A DNA stretch of 64,000 nucleotides from Bdellovibrionota bacterium (GCA_050950765.1 JBMNIF010000001.1:179619-243618), one strand, 5' to 3'. Counted from the first letter of the stretch, positions 1-8,953 are shown. The notes: generated by a model not told the origin, from the letters alone. Program-made: numbers and translations.

Positions 1-203
1 AATTCAACTTCAAATTTAGGCTTTTCTATTGGAATATATTTACCATCAATTATTTTTCCTATTATCCCTAACTCTACGGGGTAAGGCTTGCCGTTTTTTC
101 TGACGCTAGTTCTTTTGATAACATTGTATTCGTTTGGTGTTCTAGTTGCCTTTATTCTAGTATTTTTTGGTTTTAATTTTAATATTTCCTCTGGTATTGG
201 CAT
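1..203 (-). CDS. N-terminal part of a probable DDE transposase (IS1634/IS4-like), runs off the left edge; not in ORF track
   Basis: Manual translation from ATG at 203: MPIPEEILKLKPKNTRIKATRTPNEYNVIKRTSVRKNGKPYPVELGIIGKIIDGKYIPIEKPKFEVE, open to base 1, AAGGGG RBS upstream. Resembles from memory the basic N-termini of IS1634/IS4-like transposases; catalytic domain not in window. Confidence 0.55.
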   Translation of the reverse strand, partial: MPIPEEILKLKPKNTRIKATRTPNEYNVIKRTSVRKNGKPYPVELGIIGKIIDGKYIPIEKPKFEVE

Positions 204-225
204 TTCAAATCCCCTTAAAAAACGA

Positions 226-720
226 ATAATGGCAGATCTGGCTGCAGGGTTTAGTCGGCTTTGTAGCTGGATAATGGCAGATCTGGTGCCACCCTTCAAC
301 TTTGCTGCTTTAAGCTGCGATCTGGTCGCTAGTATCTGGTGCCACCCATTAATTTGGCTGGATCTGATAGGTTTCGGCTAGCTTTAGTTTTGGTGCCACC
401 CTCTAGGGATGGCGGACGGTGGGCTAGCGTCTGGTGCCACCCTCTAGGGACGACGGATCAGCTACGGGGGTTAAAAAACTGGTGCCACCCTTCCAGTTGG
501 CTGGATTTGCAGATTTTGTGGCTTTGGCTTTGGTGCCACCCTTCAGCGTTGCCGCTTTAAGCTGAATATCTGGTGCCACCCTTCAACTTTGCCGCTTTAA
601 GCTGCGACTGGCTTTGGTGCCACCCTCTAGGGATGGCGGACGGTGGGCTAGCGTCTGGTGCCACCCTCTAGGGACGGCGGATCAGCTACGGGGGTTAAAA
701 AACTGGTGCCACCCTTCCAG
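226..720 (+). repeat. Tandem array 1 of core GGTGCCACCC (reverse orientation relative to most other arrays), 10 cores
   Basis: Cores at 285, 338, 392, 433, 481, 532, 572, 616, 657, 705; spacings 53,54,41,48,51,40,44,41,48; 392-496 is nearly identical to 616-720. Confidence 0.95.
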
Positions 721-742
721 TGACAGTTCCTGCATGTAGTTA

Positions 743-3025
743 TTACCTCTTTAATAAATCGCTTAGTCCAGCTAATGGGGTATTTTTAAAGGTTCCCTGT
801 GGGGGAGTGCGCTTTTTTGGTTTTTGCAACTGTTTTGTTAGTGTGTAGTTACTACCGTCATTGCTTTCTTTCTTCATGCTTAAGGCGATTTGTCGTTTAT
901 CCGTATCTACGTTAACTACTCTAACTGTTACACGGTCTCCTGGATTAACTACGGTACGCGGATCTTTTACAAAGTTGTCACTTAATTGAGAGACGTGCAC
1001 TAAACCGTCCTGATGTACGCCAATATCAACAAAAGCTCCAAAATTCGCAACATTAGTCACAATACCAGGGCAACTCATGCCGATTTTAAGGTCAGATAGT
1101 TCGTGGATATCTTCCCTGAAAGAAAATGCTACAAAGGTTTCTCGTGGATCCCTTCCTGGTTTTTCAAGCTCTTTAATAATATCAGCACTCGTAAACTCAC
1201 CGAGATCATTTTTAAAGATGCTATCTTTTTTTAGTAGGGCAGCACCAACGCCGATTAAATCACTTACTGTCTTGTTTAAACGTTCTGCCGTGATTCTTAA
1301 CGCTTCATACCTTTCTGGGTGTACACCAGTATTATCTAAGGGATTTTCAGATTCCGGAATCCTTAAAAATCCGGCAGCTTGCTCGAAAGCTTTTCCGCTA
1401 AAACGTGGGACCGATAGTAAGTCTTGCCTAGATTTAAAAAGCCCTACATTTGTACGATACTCTACTATTGATTTTGCTAAGCTCGGTCCAATGCCCGAAA
1501 CGTAAGTTAAAAGATGTTCCGATGCTGTGTTTAAATTAACTCCGACGGAGTTTACCGCAGATTCAACGACACGGGTTAATCCTTGCTTAAGAGCGGATTG
1601 TGATACGTCGTGTTGATATTGACCAACGCCGATACTTTTTGGATCCACCTTTACCAATTCTGCCAGTGGGTCTTGTAAACGACGAGCGATGGAGATGGCG
1701 CCGCGTACTGTCAGATCTAAGTCAGGGAATTCTTGTCTTGCAACTTCACTAGCGCTGTAAATACTAGCCCCTGCTTCACTAATAACTACAACTGGAATGT
1801 TTTGTTTTAACTCCGTAAGTACTTTACGAATAAAAGTTTCGGCTTCTCTGGATCCTGTGCCGTTCCCTATGGCAATGGCACGCAGAGCTGATTTTTCAAT
1901 TAAATTTTTTATTAGCCCCTTTGCTTGTGTCTGCATGCCGTCATTTTCGATATGTATTACTCCGCTAGCAATATATTTACCTGTTTGATCTACCAAAGCT
2001 AATTTACAGCCAGTTCTTATGCCGGGATCTACACCTAAAACTGTTTTTGATCCAAACGGCGCTGCTAACAAAACCTTTCTGACGTTTTCTGCAAAAACGG
2101 CAATAGCAGCTTCATCTGCTACCTGTTTAAGTTTGGTATGAATCTCTGCTGAAATTGTAGATAAAACATAATATTTAAAAGAGAGACGCGCTGCATTAAG
2201 CAAAATTTTTGCAGCTGTAGAATCCCTAGCAGTACAAGCTTCCGATTCATAACGTGCTTGGAGTCTATCCATTAAGTCTGGTGTAGAACCTGTAATGGTT
2301 AAAGTAAGTTCGCCCTCTTCTTCGCCGCGGCGTAATGCTAAATAACGGTGAGAGTTTTCCGGTTTTAAAAGTGATGAAATATTTTCTGTGAATTCAAAAT
2401 AATTTTCGAATTTGCTGTTTGGTTTCGGGTTCTTTCCTTTTTCGGAGGTAATGGCACCTTCTTTTAATAAAGATTCTCTCACTAATTGACGTAATTCCAT
2501 CAATTCAGTTAGTCGTTCTACAATAATGGCTTGTGCACCATCAAGGGCACCTTTGGTGTCATTGATATTCATCTCAGTGTTGATAAAATCTGAAGCTTTT
2601 GTCTCTGCTGTAATATCAGTCGTTAAACCGTGCCCAACCTGCCAAAGCCAATCTGCCAAAGGCTCTAATCCAGCATCTCGTGCTACGGCGGCTTTTGTTT
2701 TGCGTTTTCGTTTATAAGGAAGGTAGATATCCTCAAGGGTGTTTAGTTCAAAACACTTCTCGATACTGTGTCGCAATTCCGGAGTTAATTTATTTTGTGC
2801 TTCGATCTCTCCGATAATAAATGCCTTACGTTTTTCTATTTCGTCCCATAGATTTTTTGCTTTGATGATAGTTTCAATTTCGACCTCATCCAAACCTCCT
2901 GTCTGTTCTTTTCTATAACGAGCAATAAAGGGAATCGTACAGCCTTCTGCTGTTAATCGTAAAACAGCGTCGGCTCCTGCTAGGGGAATATTACTAAAGT
3001 TAGATCTAAACCAATCAACAAACAT
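743..3025 (-). CDS. tex: Tex/YhgF RNA-binding transcription accessory protein
   Basis: TIPFIARYRKEQTGGLDE N-terminus, YqgF-like LGVDPGIRTGCK, IGVGQYQHDV, HhH repeats, C-terminal S1 (NFGAFVDIGVHQDGLVHVSQL). Confidence 0.95.
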   Translation of the reverse strand: MFVDWFRSNFSNIPLAGADAVLRLTAEGCTIPFIARYRKEQTGGLDEVEIETIIKAKNLWDEIEKRKAFIIGEIEAQNKLTPELRHSIEKCFELNTLEDIYLPYKRKRKTKAAVARDAGLEPLADWLWQVGHGLTTDITAETKASDFINTEMNINDTKGALDGAQAIIVERLTELMELRQLVRESLLKEGAITSEKGKNPKPNSKFENYFEFTENISSLLKPENSHRYLALRRGEEEGELTLTITGSTPDLMDRLQARYESEACTARDSTAAKILLNAARLSFKYYVLSTISAEIHTKLKQVADEAAIAVFAENVRKVLLAAPFGSKTVLGVDPGIRTGCKLALVDQTGKYIASGVIHIENDGMQTQAKGLIKNLIEKSALRAIAIGNGTGSREAETFIRKVLTELKQNIPVVVISEAGASIYSASEVARQEFPDLDLTVRGAISIARRLQDPLAELVKVDPKSIGVGQYQHDVSQSALKQGLTRVVESAVNSVGVNLNTASEHLLTYVSGIGPSLAKSIVEYRTNVGLFKSRQDLLSVPRFSGKAFEQAAGFLRIPESENPLDNTGVHPERYEALRITAERLNKTVSDLIGVGAALLKKDSIFKNDLGEFTSADIIKELEKPGRDPRETFVAFSFREDIHELSDLKIGMSCPGIVTNVANFGAFVDIGVHQDGLVHVSQLSDNFVKDPRTVVNPGDRVTVRVVNVDTDKRQIALSMKKESNDGSNYTLTKQLQKPKKRTPPQGTFKNTPLAGLSDLLKR

Positions 3026-3158
3026 ATAACCGTTTCATTTATAAATAAAAAAATAACAAACTGCGCAGAGAGGTGTTAGAGATACCCCAATTAAAAGCGT
3101 CTGTCGACATTTTTTAAGATTAAAATCAGAGTAATTATTATTGATAAAAAGAACGTAA

Positions 3159-4349
3159 TTATGTTGTTAGTATTTTGCTATCTATTCTGTCATATAAGCT
3201 GTTTAAGTCACGTTGAAAGATCTCAAAAGTGTAACGTTCTTCGGCAAGTTCGTGTGCGGCATTCCCTATTTTATGGCGCAGATCTGGATCTGAAATTAAT
3301 TTTTTTAATCCTTGCGCATAGCTATCGGGTGTGGGATCTGTGAGGATTGAAACGGTGTTGTTTAAAACCTGTGTGTGCGTTGGAAGATTTGTCGCAATGA
3401 TTGCTTTACCGGAATGTAGATATGAATATATTTTCATGGGAGTGTTGTTCCCACGTAGTCTGGGAGAAGCTAAAATGTCAGCTTGAAGGAGGTAGCTTTT
3501 TAAACGATTGACAGCTCTACGTCCTGCAAGGTGTGCTCTATCTGAAAGATTTAATGCTGAAATCTTTGTTTTCCCTGCTGAGATATGTTCATCACTACCA
3601 CCAATAATAACGAGATGTGCTTTATCAAAGGAGTGCGCAATTTTTGCAAAAGCATCAATCAAAAGACCGCAGCCCTGATAAGGTTCAAGGTTCCCGACAT
3701 ATAGAATAACCAAAGAATCAGGGGGGATGTTTAATTCTTCTCTAAGCGTCTGCTGTGAAGTTGTTTGAGAATTATCTAATCCAAGGAGAGATATGTCTCG
3801 TAAGATCTGAGTGTCCTGTGAACCCTGATTGTAGGCAATGGCAGCGAGAGCATCGCAAACAGGAACTACTGCCATACTGTGTTTAATGGCTCGTCCTTCA
3901 AGAAAAGAGAGTAGCGGGAGAAAAGGACGAAAAATGCGCCATTTTTCAGTTAATTGTTGTGCTATTGATGAATCCATGTCGTAGATATACGGAATTTTCC
4001 AAAATACTTTGATTAGCATTGCAATGAAAACAGATTCTTCTACGGCATGAACTAAGTCATAAGGATTTTTTCTATTTTTCCAAACTAGCTTCAAAGCAGT
4101 AAATAAAAAAATGATATCGCAAAAGAGTTTTTTAACGGAGATACCAGGGGCGATATTGTTTAGAAAAAAAGGTGCTTTGATCCGTATATGATTAACATTC
4201 GGTATGCTTATGTCAGTCCCTTCGTGATATGTTAAAAGATCGATAGAGTCTTCTTTTCTTGTGGCAAGAACTTGAACTGCTAATCTAACAGCTATCGGAG
4301 TGCCACGGTCTTGAAAAAACGGTTGTGGTGCTAAAAATAAAATACGCAT
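3159..4349 (-). CDS. Glycosyltransferase family 4 (GT-B)
   Basis: MRILFLAPQPFF start (ATG 4349; the ORF-track extension to 4445 lies in repeat DNA), YVGNLEPYQG and NTPMKIYSYLHSGKAIIAT GT4-like motifs. Confidence 0.85.
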   Translation of the reverse strand: MRILFLAPQPFFQDRGTPIAVRLAVQVLATRKEDSIDLLTYHEGTDISIPNVNHIRIKAPFFLNNIAPGISVKKLFCDIIFLFTALKLVWKNRKNPYDLVHAVEESVFIAMLIKVFWKIPYIYDMDSSIAQQLTEKWRIFRPFLPLLSFLEGRAIKHSMAVVPVCDALAAIAYNQGSQDTQILRDISLLGLDNSQTTSQQTLREELNIPPDSLVILYVGNLEPYQGCGLLIDAFAKIAHSFDKAHLVIIGGSDEHISAGKTKISALNLSDRAHLAGRRAVNRLKSYLLQADILASPRLRGNNTPMKIYSYLHSGKAIIATNLPTHTQVLNNTVSILTDPTPDSYAQGLKKLISDPDLRHKIGNAAHELAEERYTFEIFQRDLNSLYDRIDSKILTT

Positions 4350-4391
4350 AGCATGGGATGATAAAACAAAAATTGTAAAAAGGACACCCGA

Positions 4392-4448
4392 CTTGTCCCT
4401 GGTGCCACCCACCAGCGCTAAGCCCTTGTCACTGGTGCCACCCACCAG
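4392..4448 (+). repeat. Two GGTGCCACCC cores downstream of the RAYT-like gene
   Basis: CTTGTCcCTGGTGCCACCCACCAG twice (cores at 4401 and 4434, 33 bp apart). Confidence 0.9.
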
Positions 4449-4660
4449 TACGACCTGCTTTGCTGTTTTTGCTCTTCTGACAGCCTTTTTTCTGCTTATG
4501 CCACTGCCAGCAAGCTTAGTTCACCTTAAATTTCCTTAAATTTGATACTACAACTTACTATTAATTGACTATTTTCAGATTTTAGATAGATCTTCCCTGT
4601 TGAAATTTAGATTTCATATTATTAACGGGTCAAAAAAGCAGCTTTTTTACATTACTTTTT

Positions 4661-5629
4661 TCAGGTCGCCACCCCGCAAAGCCTACCTACAATAGGCATA
4701 CTCGGACGAAATGCCCCATAAACAAACTTGGCTGAAATATCACCTTGCTTCCACTTCTTCCAAGCCTTTCTACACTCTTCACAAAAAGCCTTATATTCTG
4801 CTATCGCCTTTATCCGTAACTCCTTAATCCAACAAATTAAATACGGCGTACGTGTCTTCTTCTTAGGTACATACGCAATATTTATCGATTGCTGCTGCAC
4901 TTTACGCATCCCCATAAAATGCCCCTTCCTTTCAAGTGCAATCTCTTCTTCCCTTTTTGAAATCTCTGTCATTATTGTTTTAAAGATCTCTTCAGACGTA
5001 AGGTTTTTTGATTCTTCAAAACAATTCTTCCAAGCATCAGGGGTAATCTTAAGCTCATGACAAGTGTGCGGAAACATATTAAGCATTTTTAATAAAATAG
5101 CATCGCTTATTTTATGAAGTCTCTGCGGTAACTTACGTAAATTAGTAGAAGAGGTATACTTACCCTGCACTGTTAAAGAACCTGATTTATACATTCTAAA
5201 ACTACTACACCCTTCCCAATCAGCAGCGTGTGCAACGAGTCCTGCTTTTACAGGATTTATATAAATATAGACTATCTTATCGATAACATCATTATGAGTT
5301 ACCAAACGTTGCTCCTTAAAACGTCCATCCCAAACGTTTCTCCTATATTGCGGTGTTAGTTTCTTAATAGCACGTGCAACTGCACTTTCCATCTCTCCCA
5401 TAAATGCAGAGATGTGCTTTCCTTCACCAACTAATATCATGTGAAAGTGGTTACTCATCCAATTAAAATGAGCAATTCTAACACGATGGTGCTCTTGGCA
5501 ACGTGCCATAATCCCTAACAGGATCCATTTCATAAAAAGGCGTGCTAGAAATGGCAAGCCAGATAATGTTCTATTGGTGACATGTACCACCATTTTATTA
5601 GGATTTCTCCTATCTCTACGATTTCTCAT
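4661..5629 (-). CDS. REP-associated tyrosine transposase-like HUH (Y1) endonuclease with long C-terminal extension
   Basis: VHVTNRT, HUH motif MSNHFHMIL, VWDGRFK, catalytic-Tyr motif YIYINPVKAGLV and DWEGCSSF match the RAYT/TnpA(REP) Y1 pattern; flanked by repeat arrays. Confidence 0.85.
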   Translation of the reverse strand: MRNRRDRRNPNKMVVHVTNRTLSGLPFLARLFMKWILLGIMARCQEHHRVRIAHFNWMSNHFHMILVGEGKHISAFMGEMESAVARAIKKLTPQYRRNVWDGRFKEQRLVTHNDVIDKIVYIYINPVKAGLVAHAADWEGCSSFRMYKSGSLTVQGKYTSSTNLRKLPQRLHKISDAILLKMLNMFPHTCHELKITPDAWKNCFEESKNLTSEEIFKTIMTEISKREEEIALERKGHFMGMRKVQQQSINIAYVPKKKTRTPYLICWIKELRIKAIAEYKAFCEECRKAWKKWKQGDISAKFVYGAFRPSMPIVGRLCGVAT

Positions 5630-5779
5630 AAGACAACTCCAGAAAAAAAATAAAAATAATTAATAAATTGGCAGAATTGCCGGTTAGCTTGGCAGGATTG
5701 CCAAATTCTAACGCCTAATTGTCGCTAGAGTTGGGATTTTATTGTGGGTAAAAATGAAAAAAGTTTGGAGATTGGGATT

Positions 5780-6252
5780 GGTGCCACCCTTTAGTGCGAG
5801 GATGGTGTTAGAAAAAGAAAAGAAGGGTGGCACCAGTTTTACCCCCGTGAAGACCTAGCTGATCCGTTTTACAGTTCCAGCCCGTCCGATTGTCCCTGAA
5901 GGGTGGCACCAGTGACAAGCCTGCAACAATTGCTGATTTAAGGGCAAAAAGAAGGGTGGCACCAGTTTTTTAACCCCCGTGAAGACCTAGCTGATCCGTT
6001 TTGCAGTCCCAGCCCGTTCAGTTGTCCCTGAAGGGTGGCACCAGTGACAAGCCTGCAATAATTGCTGATTTAAGGGCAAAAAGAAGGGTGGCACCAGTTT
6101 TTTAACCCCCGTGAAGACCTAGCTGACTCTGTTTTCAGTTACAGCCCGTTCGGTTGTCCCTGAAGGGTGGCACCAGTTTTTACCCCCGTGAAGAGCTAGC
6201 TGATCCGTTTTGCAGTCCCAGCCCGTCCGGTCGTCCCTGAAGGGTGGCACCA
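5780..6252 (+). repeat. Array 3 upstream of the RAYT-like gene: one inverted core plus 7 tandem GAAGGGTGGCACCA cores
   Basis: Inverted core at 5780; forward cores at 5825, 5901, 5954, 6033, 6086, 6165, 6242 (modules 76,53,79,53,79,77 bp). Confidence 0.95.
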
Positions 6253-6265
6253 GTGCTAACCTCGT

Positions 6266-7342
6266 TTAATAGATAACAGGTGTTGTGATTCTCGGGGGGT
6301 TATTGCCGTATCTTGTGATGGTTGCTTGCATAAAGTAAGAAGCTTGGTTCGGATATGCAACGCGGGCGATAACTTCATAGGTGTTATTGCTCGTGCTGTT
6401 TGTAGTAATGATGCTCTTTAGTTCATTCTGTTGTTCTTTTGCAACTTCTGTAAGGTTGAAGAATTCATTTATATCATTAAATTTTCCGTTTTCACGGCTA
6501 TTTCGTTCTTCTATAATCCTTTCAGCGGTGTCTTCGTCAATTTTATCGTCTAGCGCCATCAGAATTTCTTTTGGGGCAATGTTAACGTCGATTTTGCCAC
6601 TTCCTCTTGTTGTAATAAATGGCACAAGTAGGCGTAAGCGTTGTGGAGTAAAGCCTGGAATGTTTGAAAGCTCTTCACGTTCAATAATACTGGCGTAATC
6701 GTTTTTAAATTCACTACCCTCAGGCAAGGTATCTTCACATCCTTTTACGATGACGCCGTTTATAGTATCACTGAAAGATGTTTTATCTATATCCAAGTAA
6801 TCTATTAAATTCCCCAACATCTCTTCTGGAGTGAAAACTTTATTCCCACATAAACCAGAAGGATTTTTTTCTTCTATGGCACCGAGATCAAGAATTGTGA
6901 AAAGTCGTAAACATACCTCTCGTAACTTCGTAATTGTGTTGGAAACGGTCGTATTATTTTCAACTCTATGAATTGGAAAACTACCCGTTATTGGTGTAAT
7001 TTGAAGCGCTATTCTGGCACCTTCATTAGGATCCACTCCAAAAAATCCTAAAAATTCAGGAGGGATTTCTAGCCCGTCTTTAAACGGCTCCCAAGCTTCT
7101 GTATTGATAATATCTTGACTATTTGTGTTTTTGCCAACCTGAATCAAGCTAGCAGCATAGTTTGTCAGAGATTTGAGAATGTATTCCGCTTTTAGACGAT
7201 TTTTAATTACACCTATTGATTCAGCTTGTAAAAATGTTGAATGCGCCAAGCTTGTCACAAGAATTGTGGCAAAAGCTAAAAACATAATGACCAGCAGTAA
7301 GACAACAGCGTTTTCTCCCTTTTGTTGATTGCGGTGTGTCAT
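6266..7342 (-). CDS. gspK: Type II secretion system minor pseudopilin GspK-like protein
   Basis: N-terminal pilin-like TM (QKGENAVVLLLVIMFLAFATILV), NLIDYLDID, EELSNIPGFT, GKIDVNIAPKEILMAL HhH-like motifs typical of T2SSK. Confidence 0.75.
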   Translation of the reverse strand: MTHRNQQKGENAVVLLLVIMFLAFATILVTSLAHSTFLQAESIGVIKNRLKAEYILKSLTNYAASLIQVGKNTNSQDIINTEAWEPFKDGLEIPPEFLGFFGVDPNEGARIALQITPITGSFPIHRVENNTTVSNTITKLREVCLRLFTILDLGAIEEKNPSGLCGNKVFTPEEMLGNLIDYLDIDKTSFSDTINGVIVKGCEDTLPEGSEFKNDYASIIEREELSNIPGFTPQRLRLLVPFITTRGSGKIDVNIAPKEILMALDDKIDEDTAERIIEERNSRENGKFNDINEFFNLTEVAKEQQNELKSIITTNSTSNNTYEVIARVAYPNQASYFMQATITRYGNNPPRITTPVIY

Positions 7343-7554
7343 TCTTTCCTTATCTCCTTAATCGAGATGATAGATATTTTTACAAAGAATAACCACTCCT
7401 TTCATCTCCTGACTTCTGAGTTTTTTGTCTAAAATTATTTTTTTAAGGAGTTAACTTATTAAAAAATAATGAGAAGTTTTGAAAAACATTAAAAATGCCT
7501 AAAATATTTTCATATAATGCTATCCACCAGTAGGCTAAAAGCAGGTGCCACCCA

Positions 7555-8697
7555 TCAAATTTGATCTATAAAGGAGCAAATGGTTTCAACATCTTGGTTG
7601 TCTGTATAATAATGCGGTGAAAATCTAAACACAAACTTACTTCCATTATCTGGGAAAAAAATCGGACAATCCCAATCACATACTAAAGAAACAACAATAC
7701 TTTCTGTTTCCAATGCTGTTTTTATTTCCACTTCTTTTGAAGGGTCTTTTAAGTAAAATGACGCAATTCCAGACCTTGATTTTTCTTTACCGAATAGATA
7801 AATATTCTGATTCCTCATAATTGCATCTCGTATTTTGTTGGCCTTTCGTTCAATTTCTAGCGAGGCTTTCTCCACTCCATATTCTAAATATTCATTGATT
7901 GCATTTCCTAATCCTAATAATGAAGCAATACTTTTTTCCCAAAGTTCAAACTGTTTTGCATCATCACGAACTTTCACTCCTTTAACATCGCCATTACTAT
8001 CAAAAATTAGATCAGCAGATGCTAAATCAATCTGTGGTGTATAAATATTTGCACCATCCTTGACATATAGAATTCCTGTCCCTCGTGGTCCGCGTAGCCA
8101 TTTTCTCCCAGCTGCAACATATGCATCACAGTTTATTTCTTTCATATTCGCGACTATTTGCCCAACAGCTTGGCAACCATCAACAATATAGGTAGCGCCA
8201 TATTTTCTAGCCATTTTCCCCATTTCTACCACTGGATTAACGATTGATCCTTGTGCTGCAACATGGCTAACAGCTAAAATTGTTCCTCCTCCTCGCAATG
8301 CACTTTCTAAGTTTTCTAATGAAAAATCCCCATTCGGCTTGCACGGAATCACATTCACTGAGCAGCCAGTTTTTTTTGCAATATCAAATATTGTTAATAA
8401 GTTTGTACCATACTCACTTGACAACGTAACAATCTTATCGCATGCACTTATTTTTATTCCATACATGATTAGATTCCAGCCACGACTTGCGCTATCAACA
8501 AATGCTATTTCACTTTTATTATCTGCATTAAGCATTTTGGCTGATAATTCGTAAAATTTGTTTACATCTTCCTGCTTATCAATTGCAGCTTTATATGCGC
8601 CAATCTTCATTTCAAGTTTCATGTGGTCCACAACAGTATTAAATGTTCCATTACTCATTAATCCTGCTCCGGCATTATCAAAATACAGTGTTTTCAT
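7555..8697 (-). CDS. PLP-dependent aminotransferase class V (cysteine desulfurase/EgtE-like)
   Basis: LYFDNAGAG, IVDGCQAVGQ, AGRKWLRGPRGTGILY with PLP lysine, RFSPHYY. Confidence 0.85.
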   Translation of the reverse strand: MKTLYFDNAGAGLMSNGTFNTVVDHMKLEMKIGAYKAAIDKQEDVNKFYELSAKMLNADNKSEIAFVDSASRGWNLIMYGIKISACDKIVTLSSEYGTNLLTIFDIAKKTGCSVNVIPCKPNGDFSLENLESALRGGGTILAVSHVAAQGSIVNPVVEMGKMARKYGATYIVDGCQAVGQIVANMKEINCDAYVAAGRKWLRGPRGTGILYVKDGANIYTPQIDLASADLIFDSNGDVKGVKVRDDAKQFELWEKSIASLLGLGNAINEYLEYGVEKASLEIERKANKIRDAIMRNQNIYLFGKEKSRSGIASFYLKDPSKEVEIKTALETESIVVSLVCDWDCPIFFPDNGSKFVFRFSPHYYTDNQDVETICSFIDQI

Positions 8698-8708
8698 TAT
8701 TTATCCTC

Positions 8709-8927
8709 TCAACTTTCTGCAACAAATTTTGCAATAGCAACCCCCAGTTCTCTCAAATTCCAAACTGTCGGATTTGAATCATTATCGGTTATCATGCCTC
8801 GCAATTCTAAATCCCTCACAGTGTTACGCAGCTCAATCTCTGGCACAGCAACCATTTCCGAAATCTTTATCGCCGAAAGAGAGTCGTTGTTCTTATATAT
8901 TGCGGATAGAATTTGAAGTTGTATAAA
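8709..8927 (-). pseudogene. 5'-truncated ORF remnant, winged-helix-like C-terminus, cut at the IS1634 end
   Basis: Open frame FIQLQILSAIYKNNDSLSAIKISEMVAVPEIELRNTVRDLELRGMITDNDSNPTVWNLRELGVAIAKFVAES* ends 11 nt before the aminotransferase ATG and begins directly at the IS terminus. Confidence 0.55.
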
Positions 8928-8953
8928 GTCCTAAATTCCCGTTTTTTTATAGT

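Noticed and set aside
88-560. ORFs 88-381 and 339-560 (+)
   Set aside because: The first is antisense to the transposase N-terminus; the second is translated repeat DNA (recurring WCHP/VPP).
4350-4445. N-terminal extension of the GT4 in the ORF track
   Set aside because: It lies in core-repeat DNA (GGTSDK repeats); the family-typical start is MRILF at 4349.
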